Positions 1-16,300 are shown, counted from the first letter of the stretch. The stretch is 64,000 bases of DNA from Octopus vulgaris (GCA_951406725.2 OX597824.1:53940001-54004000); one strand, 5' to 3'. The notes: generated by a model not told the origin, from the letters alone. Numbers and translations: made by a program.

Positions 1-53
1 AATATCTGTATTTCTTTCCTCTACCTAATTACGTTACTCAGTGACGATAACGA

Positions 54-239
54 ATGTCCACTGCTAACACCAGCTCCTGCCCACGGCGTGGTCAGGTTGG
101 AAGAGAGATCAAAAGAAAAATACCACGAAAACTATCACCACCACTACAACCCTCCTCTTCTCAGGCGCCGAATCCCCCTGTCCCCCCCACATCTCCTTCC
201 CAGTTTTCAGAGTTGGCACTATCAATGTTGGTACATTGA
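54..239 (+). CDS. Short ATG-initiated upstream ORF (61 aa) overlapping the RTE ORF
   Basis: ATG at 54, stop TGA 237-239. The main ORF is in the -1 frame and has no ATG before its first endonuclease motif. A short overlapping first ORF is known for RTE elements. Confidence 0.4.
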   Translation: MSTANTSSCPRRGQVGREIKRKIPRKLSPPLQPSSSQAPNPPVPPTSPSQFSELALSMLVH

Positions 240-3200
240 CAGGCAAGTCTAGTGAGATTGTAGAGATGCTAGAGAGAAGACAGGTTGATGTATGCTGCAT
301 ACAAGAGGTAAGATGGAGAGATGCTTCGGCTAGGGTCCTCACGGGCAAGGCACTTAGATACAAACTCTACTGGCAAGGTAACGCGGAAGGTGTAGGGGGT
401 GTAGGCATTCTCCTTGCGGAGGAATGGGTGGATAAGGTCATAGAGGTTGTCAGGGTTTGTGATAGAGTGCTTAAGCTCAGGTTGGTCCTACAGAGTGGCA
501 CAGCTATGATTATCTCAGCCTATGCCCCACAAGCGGGACTACCAAATGATCAGAAGGACAACTTTTATGATACCCTTCTGCAGGCTACTTCAAAGACTAG
601 TAACAAGGACCTCATCTTTGTAGGTGGAGATTTTAATGGGCATGTTGGGCGGGAATCGGGTATCTTCACTGGGGTACATGGTGGCTATGGTATTGGCACC
701 AGAAATGATGAGGGAACTAGACTACTGGAATTCTGTGATGCATGTAACCTTTCAATCTGCAACACTAACTTCAAGAAGCCAGTCTGCCACCTTATAACTT
801 ATCAGTCAGGAGACTCCGCTAGCCAAATAGACTTCATCCTCACCAGACAACGGGATGCAGGGTTGCTCTTGAATACAAAGACCCTCCCGGGTGAAGAATG
901 TATCCCTCAGCATAGACTAATCATCAGTGACTTTAAGCTTGAGGCCAGAAGGACTCCAAGAAACAAACCAATCCAGAAAAGAAGGATTTGGAGGCTAAAG
1001 AACCCTTCGCATGGTCAGAAATTTAGGGACATACTCATCAAGAAATTTGATGAGAGGGAAGAGGAGCTTCAGACGTCAGACATAGAAGGTAGCTGGGAAT
1101 TCCTACGGGACAGCTTGTTGAGTGCCACAGACCAAGTTTGTGGATGGTGCAAAGTCCCTTCCAGACCTAGAATTACGTGGTGGTGGAATAGTGCAGTAGA
1201 TAAAGCCATCTGTGAAAAGAGACGGGCCTGGAAAGCCTGGAAGGATGGGGGCAGCAGGGAACTGTACCAGATAGCCAAAAGGGAGGCTGGGCGGCAGGTA
1301 TACATTGCCAAAGATGTAGCAGAAAAGAAGAAGTTTGCCAATGTCCAGCGTCGCGAGGATCAAAGAGCTGAAGTATTTCGGATTGCCAGACAGTGTGTCA
1401 GAGAAAATAGCGATGTTATAGGAGAGAAATGTGTCCGCATGGATGATGGGGCACTTGCTTTTACTACTAGTGAAAAGAAAGAGGCTTGGAGAAGCCATTA
1501 TGAAAGACTGCTGAATGAGGAGAATGAATGGGAGGAGGAGAGCCTGCCAAATGTTGACCCAGTAGAGGGACCAGCTACCCGAATAGACAGCTCCCTTGTA
1601 GATAAGGCAATTAAGGATATGAAACCAGGCAAAGCCCCTGGCCTATCAGGAATCACTGCTGAGATGCTTAAAACAGCTGGCTATGTGGGCCATGCCATAG
1701 TCACCCGCATTGTAAACCAGGTAGTTCACAATGGAGCCATACCCAATGACTGGTGCAGCAGTACCATAGTCAACTGCTACAAGGGTAAGGGTGATGCTCT
1801 AGATAGAAATAACTACAGAGGTATCAAACTGTTGGACCAGGTGATGAAGGTCTCAGAGAAGGTCATAACCAATCTCATTAGGGAGAGAATTTGTTTAGAT
1901 GAAATGCAGTTCGGTTTTGTACCAGGTAGAAGCACCACTGATGCTATATTCCTGGTCCGACAACTGCAGGAGAAGTACCTAGCTAAAGATAAACCCCTCT
2001 ACATAGCTTTTGTAGACTTGGAGAAAGCCTTTGACAGGGTTCCCCGTTCCCTTATCTGGTGGTCGATGCGGAAACTGGAGATTGAAGAATGGCTAATAAG
2101 GGCTGTACAGGCTCTATACAGAGAGGCTGTTAGCAAGGTTAGGATTGGCAACGAATATAGTGAAGAATTCCGAGTAGAAGTAGGTGTGCACCAGGGCTCA
2201 GCCCTCAGTCCCCTTTTATTCATCATAGTCCTTCAGGCAATAACAGAGGAATTCAAAACGGGATGCCCCTGGGAGCTCCTCTATGCCGATGACCTAGCTC
2301 TCATAGCAGAATCACTACCGGAACTAGAAGAGAAATTTCGGGTGTGGAAGCAAGGGTTGGAATCAAAGGGCCTTAGAATAAATGTAGCAAAGACCAAAGT
2401 ATTAGTAAGCAGCAAGAGGTACTCAACACACATCCCCTCGGGTAGGTGGCCCTGCTCAACCTGTAGGAAAGGTACAGGTAGAAACTCCATAAGATGCACC
2501 CAATGTAAGTTATGGACACATAAGAGGTGCAGCAACATTAAAGGGAAATTAACAGATAAGATAGCTTTCATGTGCGGCAGATGCACAGGGACAATAGACA
2601 CAACAGACACTCAGAAAACAGATTCCATCACACTCCAGGGAGAGAAACTAGAAGTAGTTGATAGTTTCCGCTACCTGGGAGACCAAGTTAGTAGCGGAGG
2701 TGGATGCACAGAGAGTATCACCACTAGAATACGAATAGCCTGGGCAAAGTTCAGAAAGCTCCTACCCCTACTGGCAACAAAAGGCCTCTCCCTCAGAGCA
2801 AAAGGTAGATTGTATGATGCATGTGTGCGAACTGCCATGCTTCACGGTAATGAAACATGGGCTGTGACTGCAGAAGACATGCGTAGACTTGAAAGAAATG
2901 AAGCTAGCATGATCCGCTGGATGTGTAATGTCAGTGTGCACGCAAAACAGAGTGTAAGTATCCTGAGAGAAATGCTGGATATAAGAAGCATCAGATGTGG
3001 TGTGCAAGAGCGACGCTTGCGATGGTATGGTCATGTGCTGCGGATGGATGAAGAGAGATGTGTGAAGAAGTGCCACTCCCAAACAGTTGAAGGTATCAGG
3101 GGGAGAGGTAGACCCAGGAAGACATGGGATGAGGTGGTCAAGCATGACCTCAGAGCATTGGGCCTCACTGAGGCAATGGCGAAGGACCGAGATCTCTGGA

Positions 3201-3355
3201 GATATGCTGTGACTACAAAGACCCGGGCTGCTTTCTGCAGCAATTCCACATACCCCCTACCCATTCTAAGTACCCCGGATCCCCAAAGTACCCTGGATCC
3301 CCAAAGTACCCCGATCCCCAAAGTACCCCGGACCTCGTTGCCCCCGTGCCGCTGA
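236..3355 (+). CDS. RTE ORF: APE endonuclease + reverse transcriptase with embedded PHD finger
   Basis: EN motifs (VGTINV just upstream of 236, CIQE, YAPQ, GDFNGH, SQIDFI, QHRL) and RT motifs (NYRGIKL, QFGF, DLEKAFD, GVHQG, YADD, FRYLG); ends GRGRPRKTW as in RTE. Frame is open from 68, so the true start is uncertain. Confidence 0.92.
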   Translation: MTGKSSEIVEMLERRQVDVCCIQEVRWRDASARVLTGKALRYKLYWQGNAEGVGGVGILLAEEWVDKVIEVVRVCDRVLKLRLVLQSGTAMIISAYAPQAGLPNDQKDNFYDTLLQATSKTSNKDLIFVGGDFNGHVGRESGIFTGVHGGYGIGTRNDEGTRLLEFCDACNLSICNTNFKKPVCHLITYQSGDSASQIDFILTRQRDAGLLLNTKTLPGEECIPQHRLIISDFKLEARRTPRNKPIQKRRIWRLKNPSHGQKFRDILIKKFDEREEELQTSDIEGSWEFLRDSLLSATDQVCGWCKVPSRPRITWWWNSAVDKAICEKRRAWKAWKDGGSRELYQIAKREAGRQVYIAKDVAEKKKFANVQRREDQRAEVFRIARQCVRENSDVIGEKCVRMDDGALAFTTSEKKEAWRSHYERLLNEENEWEEESLPNVDPVEGPATRIDSSLVDKAIKDMKPGKAPGLSGITAEMLKTAGYVGHAIVTRIVNQVVHNGAIPNDWCSSTIVNCYKGKGDALDRNNYRGIKLLDQVMKVSEKVITNLIRERICLDEMQFGFVPGRSTTDAIFLVRQLQEKYLAKDKPLYIAFVDLEKAFDRVPRSLIWWSMRKLEIEEWLIRAVQALYREAVSKVRIGNEYSEEFRVEVGVHQGSALSPLLFIIVLQAITEEFKTGCPWELLYADDLALIAESLPELEEKFRVWKQGLESKGLRINVAKTKVLVSSKRYSTHIPSGRWPCSTCRKGTGRNSIRCTQCKLWTHKRCSNIKGKLTDKIAFMCGRCTGTIDTTDTQKTDSITLQGEKLEVVDSFRYLGDQVSSGGGCTESITTRIRIAWAKFRKLLPLLATKGLSLRAKGRLYDACVRTAMLHGNETWAVTAEDMRRLERNEASMIRWMCNVSVHAKQSVSILREMLDIRSIRCGVQERRLRWYGHVLRMDEERCVKKCHSQTVEGIRGRGRPRKTWDEVVKHDLRALGLTEAMAKDRDLWRYAVTTKTRAAFCSNSTYPLPILSTPDPQSTLDPQSTPIPKVPRTSLPPCR

Positions 3356-3600
3356 CACGTTAAAATGCTCGAACCGATCGTGACGATGCCGGACCCTCCG
3401 GCCCCTGTGCAGGTGGCAGGTAAAAAGCACCCAATCCACTCACGGAGTGGTTGGCGTTAGGAAGGGCATCCAGCCGTAGAAACTCTGCCAGATTCAGACT
3501 GGAGCCTGGAGCGGCCCCTGGCTTCCCAGACCCGGTCAAACCGTCCAACCCGTGCTAGCGCGGAAAGCGGACGTTAAACGATGATGATGATGATGATGAT

Positions 3601-6757
<3,157 letters not shown>

Positions 6758-9700
6758 GCCATCTTTCAGCCATTGGCAGTCTTTTTTCCTCCTCTTACCA
6801 TTACGATTCTACAATTTAAATTCCCAATTCAACTAACTTACTTCTTAAATTTCAACTCCCGATCGATGTCCGCAGCAAGTTCTTTAAAAATTTATCTTAA
6901 TATTTCCATTCGTTGTTACTACGTTTATTCATACATTGTTACGAAAATTTAACCTTTTAAGGCTACTTTCAAGCCTTCGCCATAACTTGATTTATCTTTC
7001 TATCTCTCTCTCTACAAAATTTAACCTTAGGCGAGGCTACCTCAAGCCGTAATCCCATCTCTTCCCATCTCTTCCCATCTTTCAGCCATCTTTCAGCCAT
7101 TGGCGGTCTTTTTTCCTCCTCTTACCATTACGATTCTACAATTTAAATTCCCAATTCAACTAACTTACTTCTTAAATTTCAACTCCCGATCGATGTCCGC
7201 AGCAAGTTCTTTAAAAATTTATCTTAATATTTCCATTCATTGTTACTACGTTTATTCATACATTGTTACGAAAATTTAACCTTTTAAGGCTACTTTCAAG
7301 CCTTCGCCATAACTTGATTTATCTTTCTATCTCTCTCTCTACAAAATTTAACCTTAGGCGAGGCTACCTCAAGCCGTAATCCCATCTCTTCCCATCTTTC
7401 AGCCATCTTTCAGCCATCTTTCAGCCATTGGCGGTCTTTTTTCCTCCTCTTACCATTACGATTCTACAATTTAAATTCCCAATTCAACTAACTTACTTCT
7501 TAAATTTCAACTCCCGATCGATGTCCGCAGCAAGTTCTTTAAAAATTTATCTTAATATTTCCATTCGTTGTTACTACGTTTATTCATACATTGTTATGAA
7601 AATTTAACCTTTTAAGGCTACTTTCAAGCCTTCGCCATAACTTGATTTATCTTTCTATCTCTCTCTCTACAAAATTTAACCTTAGGCGAGGCTACCTCAA
7701 GCCGTAATCCCATCTCTTCCCATCTCTTCCCATCTTTCAGCCATCTTTCAGCCATCTTTCAGCCATTGGCGGTCTTTTTTCCTCCTCTTACCATTACGAT
7801 TCTACAATTTAAATTCCCAATTCAACTAACTTACTTCTTAAATTTCAACTCCCGATCGATGTCCGCAGCAAGTTCTTTAAAAATTTATCTTAATATTTCC
7901 ATTCGTTGTTACTACGTTTATTCATACATTGTTACGAAAATTTAACCTTTTAAGGCTACTTTCAAGCCTTCGCCATAACTTGATTTATCTTTCTATCTCT
8001 CTCTCTACAAAATTTAACCTTAGGCGAGGCTACCTCAAGCCGTAATCCCATCTCTTCCCATCTCTTCCCATCTTTCAGCCATCTTTCAGCCATTGGCGGT
8101 CTTTTTTCCTCCTCTTACCATTACGATTCTACAATTTAAATTTCCAATTCAACTAACTTACTTCTTAAATTTCAACTCCCGATCGATGTCCGCAGCAAGT
8201 TCTTTAAAAATTTATCTTAATATTTCCATTCGTTGTTACTACGTTTATTCATACATTGTTACGAAAATTTAACCTTTTAAGGCTACTTTCAAGCCTTCGC
8301 CATAACTTGATTTATCTTTCTATCTCTCTCTCTACAAAATTTAACCTTAGGCGAGGCTACCTCAAGCCGTAATCCCATCTCTTCCCATCTCTTCCCATCT
8401 TTCAGCCATCTTTCAGCCATCTTTCAGCCATTGGCGGTCTTTTTTCCTCCTCTTACCATTACGATTCTACAATTTAAATTCCCAATTCAACTAACTTACT
8501 TCTTAAATTTCAACTCCCGATCGATGTCCGCAGCAAGTTCTTTAAAAATTTATCTTAATATTTCCATTCGTTGTTACTACGTTTATTCATACATTGTTAC
8601 GAAAATTTAACCTTTTAAGGCTACTTTCAAGCCTTCGCCATAACTTGATTTATCTTTCTATCTCTCTCTCTACAAAATTTAACCTTAGGCGAGGCTACCT
8701 CAAGCCGTAATCCCATCTCTTCCCATCTCTTCCCATCTTTCAGCCATCTTTCAGCCATCTTTCAGCCATTGGCGGTCTTTTTTCCTCCTCTTACCATTAC
8801 GATTCTACAATTTAAATTCCCAATTCAACTAACTTACTTCTTAAATTTCAACTCCCGATCGATGTCCGCAGCAAGTTCTTTAAAAATTTATCTTAATATT
8901 TCCATTCGTTGTTACTACGTTTATTCATACATTGTTACGAAAATTTAACCTTTTAAGGCTACTTTCAAGCCTTCGCCATAACTTGATTTATCTTTCTATC
9001 TCTCTCTCTACAAAATTTAACCTTAGGCGAGGCTACCTCAAGCCGTAATCCCATCTCTTCCCATCTCTTCCCATCTTTCAGCCATCTTTCAGCCATCTTT
9101 CAGCCATTGGCGGTCTTTTTTCCTCCTCTTACCATTACGATTCTACAATTTAAATTCCCAATTCAACTAACTTACTTCTTAAATTTCAACTCCCGATCGA
9201 TGTCCGCAGCAAGTTCTTTAAAAATTTATCTTAATATTTCCATTCGTTGTTACTACGTTTATTCATACATTGTTACGAAAATTTAACCTTTTAAGGCTAC
9301 TTTCAAGCCTTCGCCATAACTTGATTTATCTTTCTATCTCTCTCTCTACAAAATTTAACCTTAGGCGAGGCTACCTCAAGCCGTAATCCCATCTCTTCCC
9401 ATCTTTCAGCCATCTTTCAGCCATCTTTCAGCCATTGGCGGTCTTTTTCCTCCTCTTACCATTACGATTCTACAATTTAAATTCCCAATTCAACTAACTT
9501 ACTTCTTAAATTTCAACTCCCGATCGATGTCCGCAGCAAGTTCTTTAAAAATTTATCTTAATATTTCCATTCGTTGTTACTACATTTATTCATACATTGT
9601 TACGAAAATTTAACCTTTTAAGGCTACTTTCAAGCCTTCGCCATAACTTGATTTATCTTTCTATCTCTCTCTCTACAAAATTTAACCTTAGGCGAGGCTA

Positions 9701-11744
9701 CCTCAAGCCGTAATCCCATCTCTTCCCATCTTTCAGCCATCTTTCAGCCATTGGCGGTCTTTTTTCCTCCTCTTACCATTACGATTCTACAATTTAAATT
9801 CCCAATTCAACTAACTTACTTCTTAAATTTCAACTCCCGATCGATGTCCGCAGCAAGTTCTTTAAAAATTTATCTTAATATTTCCATTCGTTGTTACTAC
9901 GTTTATTCATACATTGTTACGAAAATTTAACCTTTTAAGGCTACTTTCAAGCCTTCGCCATAACTTGATTTATCTTTCTATCTCTCTCTCTACAAAATTT
10001 AACCTTAGGCGAGGCTACCTCAAGCCGTAATCCCATCTCTTCCCATCTTTCAGCCATCTTTCAGCCATCTTTCAGCCATTGGCGGTCTTTTTTCCTCCTC
10101 TTACCATTACGATTCTACAATTTAAATTCCCAATTCAACTAACTTACTTCTTAAATTTCAACTCCCGATCGATGTCCGCAGCAAGTTCTTTAAAAATTTA
10201 TCTTAATATTTCCATTCGTTGTTACTACGTTTATTCATACATTGTTACGAAAATTTAACCTTTTAAGGCTACTTTCAAGCCTTCGCCATAACTTGATTTA
10301 TCTTTCTATCTCTCTCTCTACAAAATTTAACCTTAGGCGAGGCTACCTCAAGCCGTAATCCCATCTCTTCCCATCTCTTCCCATCTTTCAGCCATCTTTC
10401 AGCCATCTTTCAGCCATTGGCGGTCTTTTTTCCTCCTCTTACCATTACGATTCTACAATTTAAATTCCCAATTCAACTAACTTACTTCTTAAATTTCAAC
10501 TCCCGATCGATGTCCGCAGCAAGTTCTTTAAAAATTTATCTTAATATTTCCATTCGTTGTTACTACGTTTATTCATACATTGTTACGAAAATTTAACCTT
10601 TTAAGGCTACTTTCAAGCCTTCGCCATAACTTGATTTATCTTTCTATCTCTCTCTCTACAAAATTTAACCTTAGGCGAGGCTACCTCAAGCCGTAATCCC
10701 ATCTCTTCCCATCTCTTCCCATCTTTCAGCCATCTTTCAGCCATCTTTCAGCCATTGGCGGTCTTTTTTCCTCCTCTTACCATTACGATTCTACAATTTA
10801 AATTCCCAATTCAACTAACTTACTTCTTAAATTTCAACTCCCGATCGATGTCCGCAGCAAGTTCTTTAAAAATTTATCTTAATATTTCCATTCGTTGTTA
10901 CTACGTTTATTCATACATTGTTACGAAAATTTAACCTTTTAAGGCTACTTTCAAGCCTTCGCCATAACTTGATTTATCTTTCTATCTCTCTCTCTACAAA
11001 ATTTAACCTTAGGCGAGGCTACCTCAAGCCGTAATCCCATCTCTTCCCATCTTTCAGCCATCTTTCAGCCATCTTTCAGCCATTGGCGGTCTTTTTTCCT
11101 CCTCTTACCATTACGATTCTACAATTTAAATTCCCAATTCAACTAACTTACTTCTTAAATTTCAACTCCCGATCGATGTCCGCAGCAAGTTCTTTAAAAA
11201 TTTATCTTAATATTTCCATTCGTTGTTACTACGTTTATTCATACATTGTTACGAAAATTTAACCTTTTAAGGCTACTTTCAAGCCTTCGCCATAACTTGA
11301 TTTATCTTTCTATCTCTCTCTCTACAAAATTTAACCTTAGGCGAGGCTACCTCAAGCCGTAATCCCATCTCTTCCCATCTTTCAGCCATCTTTCAGCCAT
11401 CTTTCAGCCATTGGCGGTCTTTTTTCCTCCTCTTACCATTACGATTCTACAATTTAAATTCCCAATTCAACTAACTTACTTCTTAAATTTCAACTCCCGA
11501 TCGATGTCCGCAGCAAGTTCTTTAAAAATTTATCTTAATATTTCCATTCGTTGTTACTACGTTTATTCATACATTGTTACGAAAATTTAACCTTTTAAGG
11601 CTACTTTCAAGCCTTCGCCATAACTTGATTTATCTTTCTATCTCTCTCTCTACAAAATTTAACCTTAGGCGAGGCTACCTCAAGCCGTAATCCCATCTCT
11701 TCCCATCTCTTCCCATCTTTCAGCCATCTTTCAGCCATTGGCGG
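6758..11744 (+). repeat. Tandem array of 15 near-identical ~316-338 bp monomers
   Basis: Marker CATTGGC(G/A)GT recurs at about 6771, 7098, 7426, 7764, 8091, 8429, 8767, 9105, 9433, 9749, 10077, 10415, 10753, 11081, 11409 and 11736. Length varies with copy number of CCCATCTCTT and CAGCCATCTTT subunits. Confidence 0.95.
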
Positions 11745-12713
11745 TGCGCCCCCCCCCCACCCCCACCACCAATACCGATGAACACTGTTCTCACCCCCAC
11801 CACCAATACCGGTGAACACTGTTATCACCGCCAACACCACCAATACTGGTGAACACTGTTCCTCACCCCCCACCACCAATACCAGTATACCCTGTCCTCA
11901 CCATCTACACCGGATACGCCTTACTCATCTACACCGGGTAAGCCCTACTCCCTCCTCCTCCCCCCACTACCCCTTCTCCTCATATGCTTTCACTGGGAAA
12001 AGACAAGCTGCTAGCGCCATAGCTCATCAACTGCCCACCGATCTTACGCTTCCTCCGGACACTGCTCCATTCCGACTATCCCCCTTTAGCACCCTCCCGC
12101 CTCGTAATATCCTACGTTTTTATTTCTTAGGAACCTACACCAACCCTTCCTGCCATCGTTCCTCCTTACCCCAACCTTCCCCACTGGTTGCTCCCCTATA
12201 TTACCCACCTCAACTGGACCCCCCCTCCCCAACTCAACTCTAGAATATCTGTATTCTTTCCTCTACCTAATAACGTTACTCAGTGACGATAACGAATGTC
12301 TTTATTTCTTAGGAACCTACACCAACCCTTCCTTACTCAGTGACGATAAATGCTGTGACTACAAAGACCTGGGCTGCTTTCTGCAGCAATTCCACATACC
12401 CCCTACTCATTCTAAGTACCCCAGATCCCCAAAGTACCCCGGACCTCGTTGCCCCCGTGCCGCTGACACGTTAAAATGCTCGAACCGATCGTGACGATGC
12501 CGGACCCTCCGGCCCCTGTGCAGGTGGCACGTAAAAGCACCCAATCCACTCACGGAGTGGTTGGCGTTAGGAAGGGCATCCAGCCGTAGAAACTCTGCCA
12601 GATTCAGACTGGAGCCTGGTGCGGCCCCTGGCTTCCCAGACCCGGTCAAACCGTCCAACCCGTGCTAGCGCGGAAAGCGGACGTTAAACGATGATGATGA
12701 TGATGATGATGAT
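6758..12713 (+). mobile_element. Non-autonomous RTE derivative with 5 kb 5' monomer array (type A)
   Basis: Array 6758-11744, 5' UTR 11745-12300 (end matches window 1-58), junction to RTE 3' end (12350-12713 = ~3204-3600), (GAT)n tail, (TA)n on both sides. Confidence 0.88.
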
Positions 12714-13365
<652 letters not shown>

Positions 13366-16300
13366 CACCGGCCCCAAAACGGAGGTACGCAGATGTGGTG
13401 CGTACCACAAACCACCAACGTGTTGTTGAAAGGGCAGCTGCTGAGCAGGAATCTTTTTTGTGCATGGCACAAAAGATTGTACAGCAGCTAACCTGGCTCC
13501 ATCAGGCTCAGGCTCGCAGATGGAACTGCCCACGGTTCACAAGACCGCCACAGCAGATGGACCCAGGGTGGACACCACCGGCAACAGCATACACCTCACC
13601 TCGATGCTCCTACTGAACATCAGAGGACTACTAACACACAGTAACAGGACAAAAGTCCCGTTCCTGAGAGACTTTGTCGCATGCAATCAAGCCTTATGCA
13701 TAGCACTCACAGAAACGCATCTGAAACCGGACATAGCAGATGCGGAATTACACATACCACAGTATGTTGTACTACGGACCGACAGGAAAGAAAGAAGTCA
13801 TGGAGGAGTTGCTATGTACATCCGTGGGGACCTCACACCCCAGGTCCTTTTGTCATACTCAAACTCGGTGTGTGACACACTAATTGTACACATAAGGCAA
13901 CTTGATGTAGTTGTGTGTGCTACATATCGCCCTCCAGATGCCCCAAGTCATATGGGCAAGTTTGAGGACTGCCTTTTAAAAATAGAAGAAGTTCTAACCA
14001 CATTAGAACAACACATAAGTGTACTTCTCATGGGAGACTTCAATCTACCGAATGTCAGATGGCCCGAGGGCCTTTCTCTCCCAGGAATGACAAGATGTGA
14101 ACGAGGACAGGCGAGGTCCCTCCTGAACCTCACCAACACCCTGTACATGGAGCAAGTAATACTCCAACCAACCAGAGCGGGTAACACACTGGATCTCTGC
14201 TTCACAAATAATATGGATCTCATCCATAATGTGAAAGTGACACCGACACTACTCTCGGATCACAACATGGTAGAGCTGACCATGTACGGGCCAAAAGAGA
14301 GCACGGACATGCAGCCTACAAGAAACCCTCAAAGTTTTTCCAGCTTGAACTTCAATAAGGCAAACTGGAAACAAATTGAGAAAGAGATCCTCAAACAAAA
14401 CTGGCCTGAATGTCTCTCCTCGCCGGACATCGACATGATACTTCAACAATTCATGTCTGTAATGCAAGCCATATGCTACAAATGTGTCCCAGAGAGAAAG
14501 GCCACTGTACACAAGAACAAAATCCCCAGAGAGAGAAAAATTTTAATGAGACGGCGCACAAAAATCTCAAATCGCCTAAACAAACAAATTGAAAGCAGTG
14601 AAAAGTCCCGCCTGAAAATAAAACTGTTGGAAATTGAAAATTGTCTGCAACTCTCCCATGAGAAGGAAAGAGCAGACAAAGAAGCCTGGGCTATAGACAA
14701 CATAAAAACTAACCCCAGAGCTTTCTACAGGTATGCCAAAGAAACAGCTACGGTGCACTGTAGGATAGGGCCACTCCTTGAAAAGGATGGCACACTCACA
14801 GGAAAACCAATGAGGGTAAGTGAAATACTGAATGAACAATTCAAGAGTGTTTTCACTCCACCCCTTGGGCATTTCCAAATCAGCAATCCAACTGACTTTT
14901 TACCACTGCAGATATAGAATCAGAGGCGGCGACGTTAAATTACATCGATATAAAGGAAGATGATGTAATAAAGGCTATAGATGAAATGAAAATAGACTCA
15001 GCTATTGGCCCCGATGGATTCCCGGCAATCCTCCTAAAAGTATGTAAGAGAGTCTTAGCAAGACCACTGCAGTTCCTCTTTCAGAGCTTCCTTGCAGCTG
15101 GCAAACTTCCAAGAAAACTGAAGGAAGGTAAAATATGCCCTATTCATAAAGGAGGTAGCAGAGCGGAGGCCAAGAACTACAGACCTATCTCTCTGACCTC
15201 ACACATCAGCAAGGTCATGGAACGAATAGTCAGAAGGAAGCTAATCACCTTCCTTGAAGAAAATGACTTGCTGCCTGACACCCAACATGGTTTCCGACCA
15301 GGAAGAAGCTGCTTAACTCAGCTCCTGCAGCACTATGACTGGGTGCTGAAACAACTGCTCAACCACTCAAATGTGGAAGTCATATATCTCGACTTCGCAA
15401 AGGCCTTCGATAAAGTCGATCATGGAATGATATGTCACAAACTGCGTGATCTTGGCATAGTTGGAAAACTAGGAGAATGGCTTCACGACTTTCTGAAGAA
15501 TAGAAGTCAGGTGGTAGTAGCCAATGGGGCCACTTCCATTAGCACGCAAATAGTGAGCGGTGTTCCACAGGGCACTGTTTTGGGACCACTACTGTTCATA
15601 ATGGCCCTCTCAGACATGCCCTCAGCCACGCGGAGAGCCACGATCACAAGTTATGCAGATGATACAAAAGTTTCACAGGCAATACAGAACCCTGAAGACA
15701 CTAGGCACCTGCAATATGAGCTGGACGAAATTTACAAGTGGGCTGAAAAGAATAGCATGCAGTTCAATGCTGAAAAGTTTCAAGCTTTATACTATCAGCA
15801 TGCAAAACTGAATGCAATACCCAAGAAATACACTGGACCCGGAGGGATTGCAATCCCAGAGGCACAATCAGTGCGTGACCTGGGTATTCACATGAGTGAT
15901 GACGCGACCTTTCATGTACATGTTGCTAAACTGACAGTGAAATGCAGACGCCTGGCTGGATGGATTCTTAGAACCTTTAGAACAAGAGAACAAGAAACCA
16001 TGATGGTCCTCTGGAAGACACTTGTCCTAAGTCACTTTGACTATTGCTCTCAGCTATGGTCACCATCCAGTGTCAAGTTGATCACAGAACTTGAGGCGAT
16101 CCAACGAAGCTACACGAAGAAGATAGCCTCTATGCAGAATGTAAGCTACTGGGAAAGACTCAAGAGATAAAAATTATATTCCCTGGAGCGTAGGCGGGAA
16201 AGATATGCCATAATATACATCTGGAAGATCCTGGAGGGAAGTATCCTGAACTTTGGCATCGAGAGTTACGCAAACGCCAGAACTGGGCGCCACTGCGTGG

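Larger units (their letters stand above)
1..3600 (+). mobile_element. RTE-clade LINE, apparently intact coding region; 5' UTR continues upstream of the window
   Basis: Single long EN+RT ORF, short 3' UTR, (GAT)n tail 3580-3600 running into (TA)n. Bases 1-58 match the 5' UTR of the derivative at 12244-12300. Confidence 0.92.

Noticed and set aside
28-60. Hairpin CGTTAC-TCA-GTGACG followed by CGAATGTCC as part of an HDV-like ribozyme in the RTE 5' UTR
   Set aside because: I could not assemble P1/P3/P1.1 from the upstream sequence available in the 12180-12300 copy.
1069-3321. Antisense ORFs within the RTE and other LINEs
   Set aside because: They are shadow frames of the coding strand with no recognisable motifs.
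6758-11744. Array considered as CRISPR, or as a hammerhead retrozyme satellite
   Set aside because: There are no unique spacers and the context is eukaryotic. I found no CUGANGA/GAAA core on either strand of the monomer.
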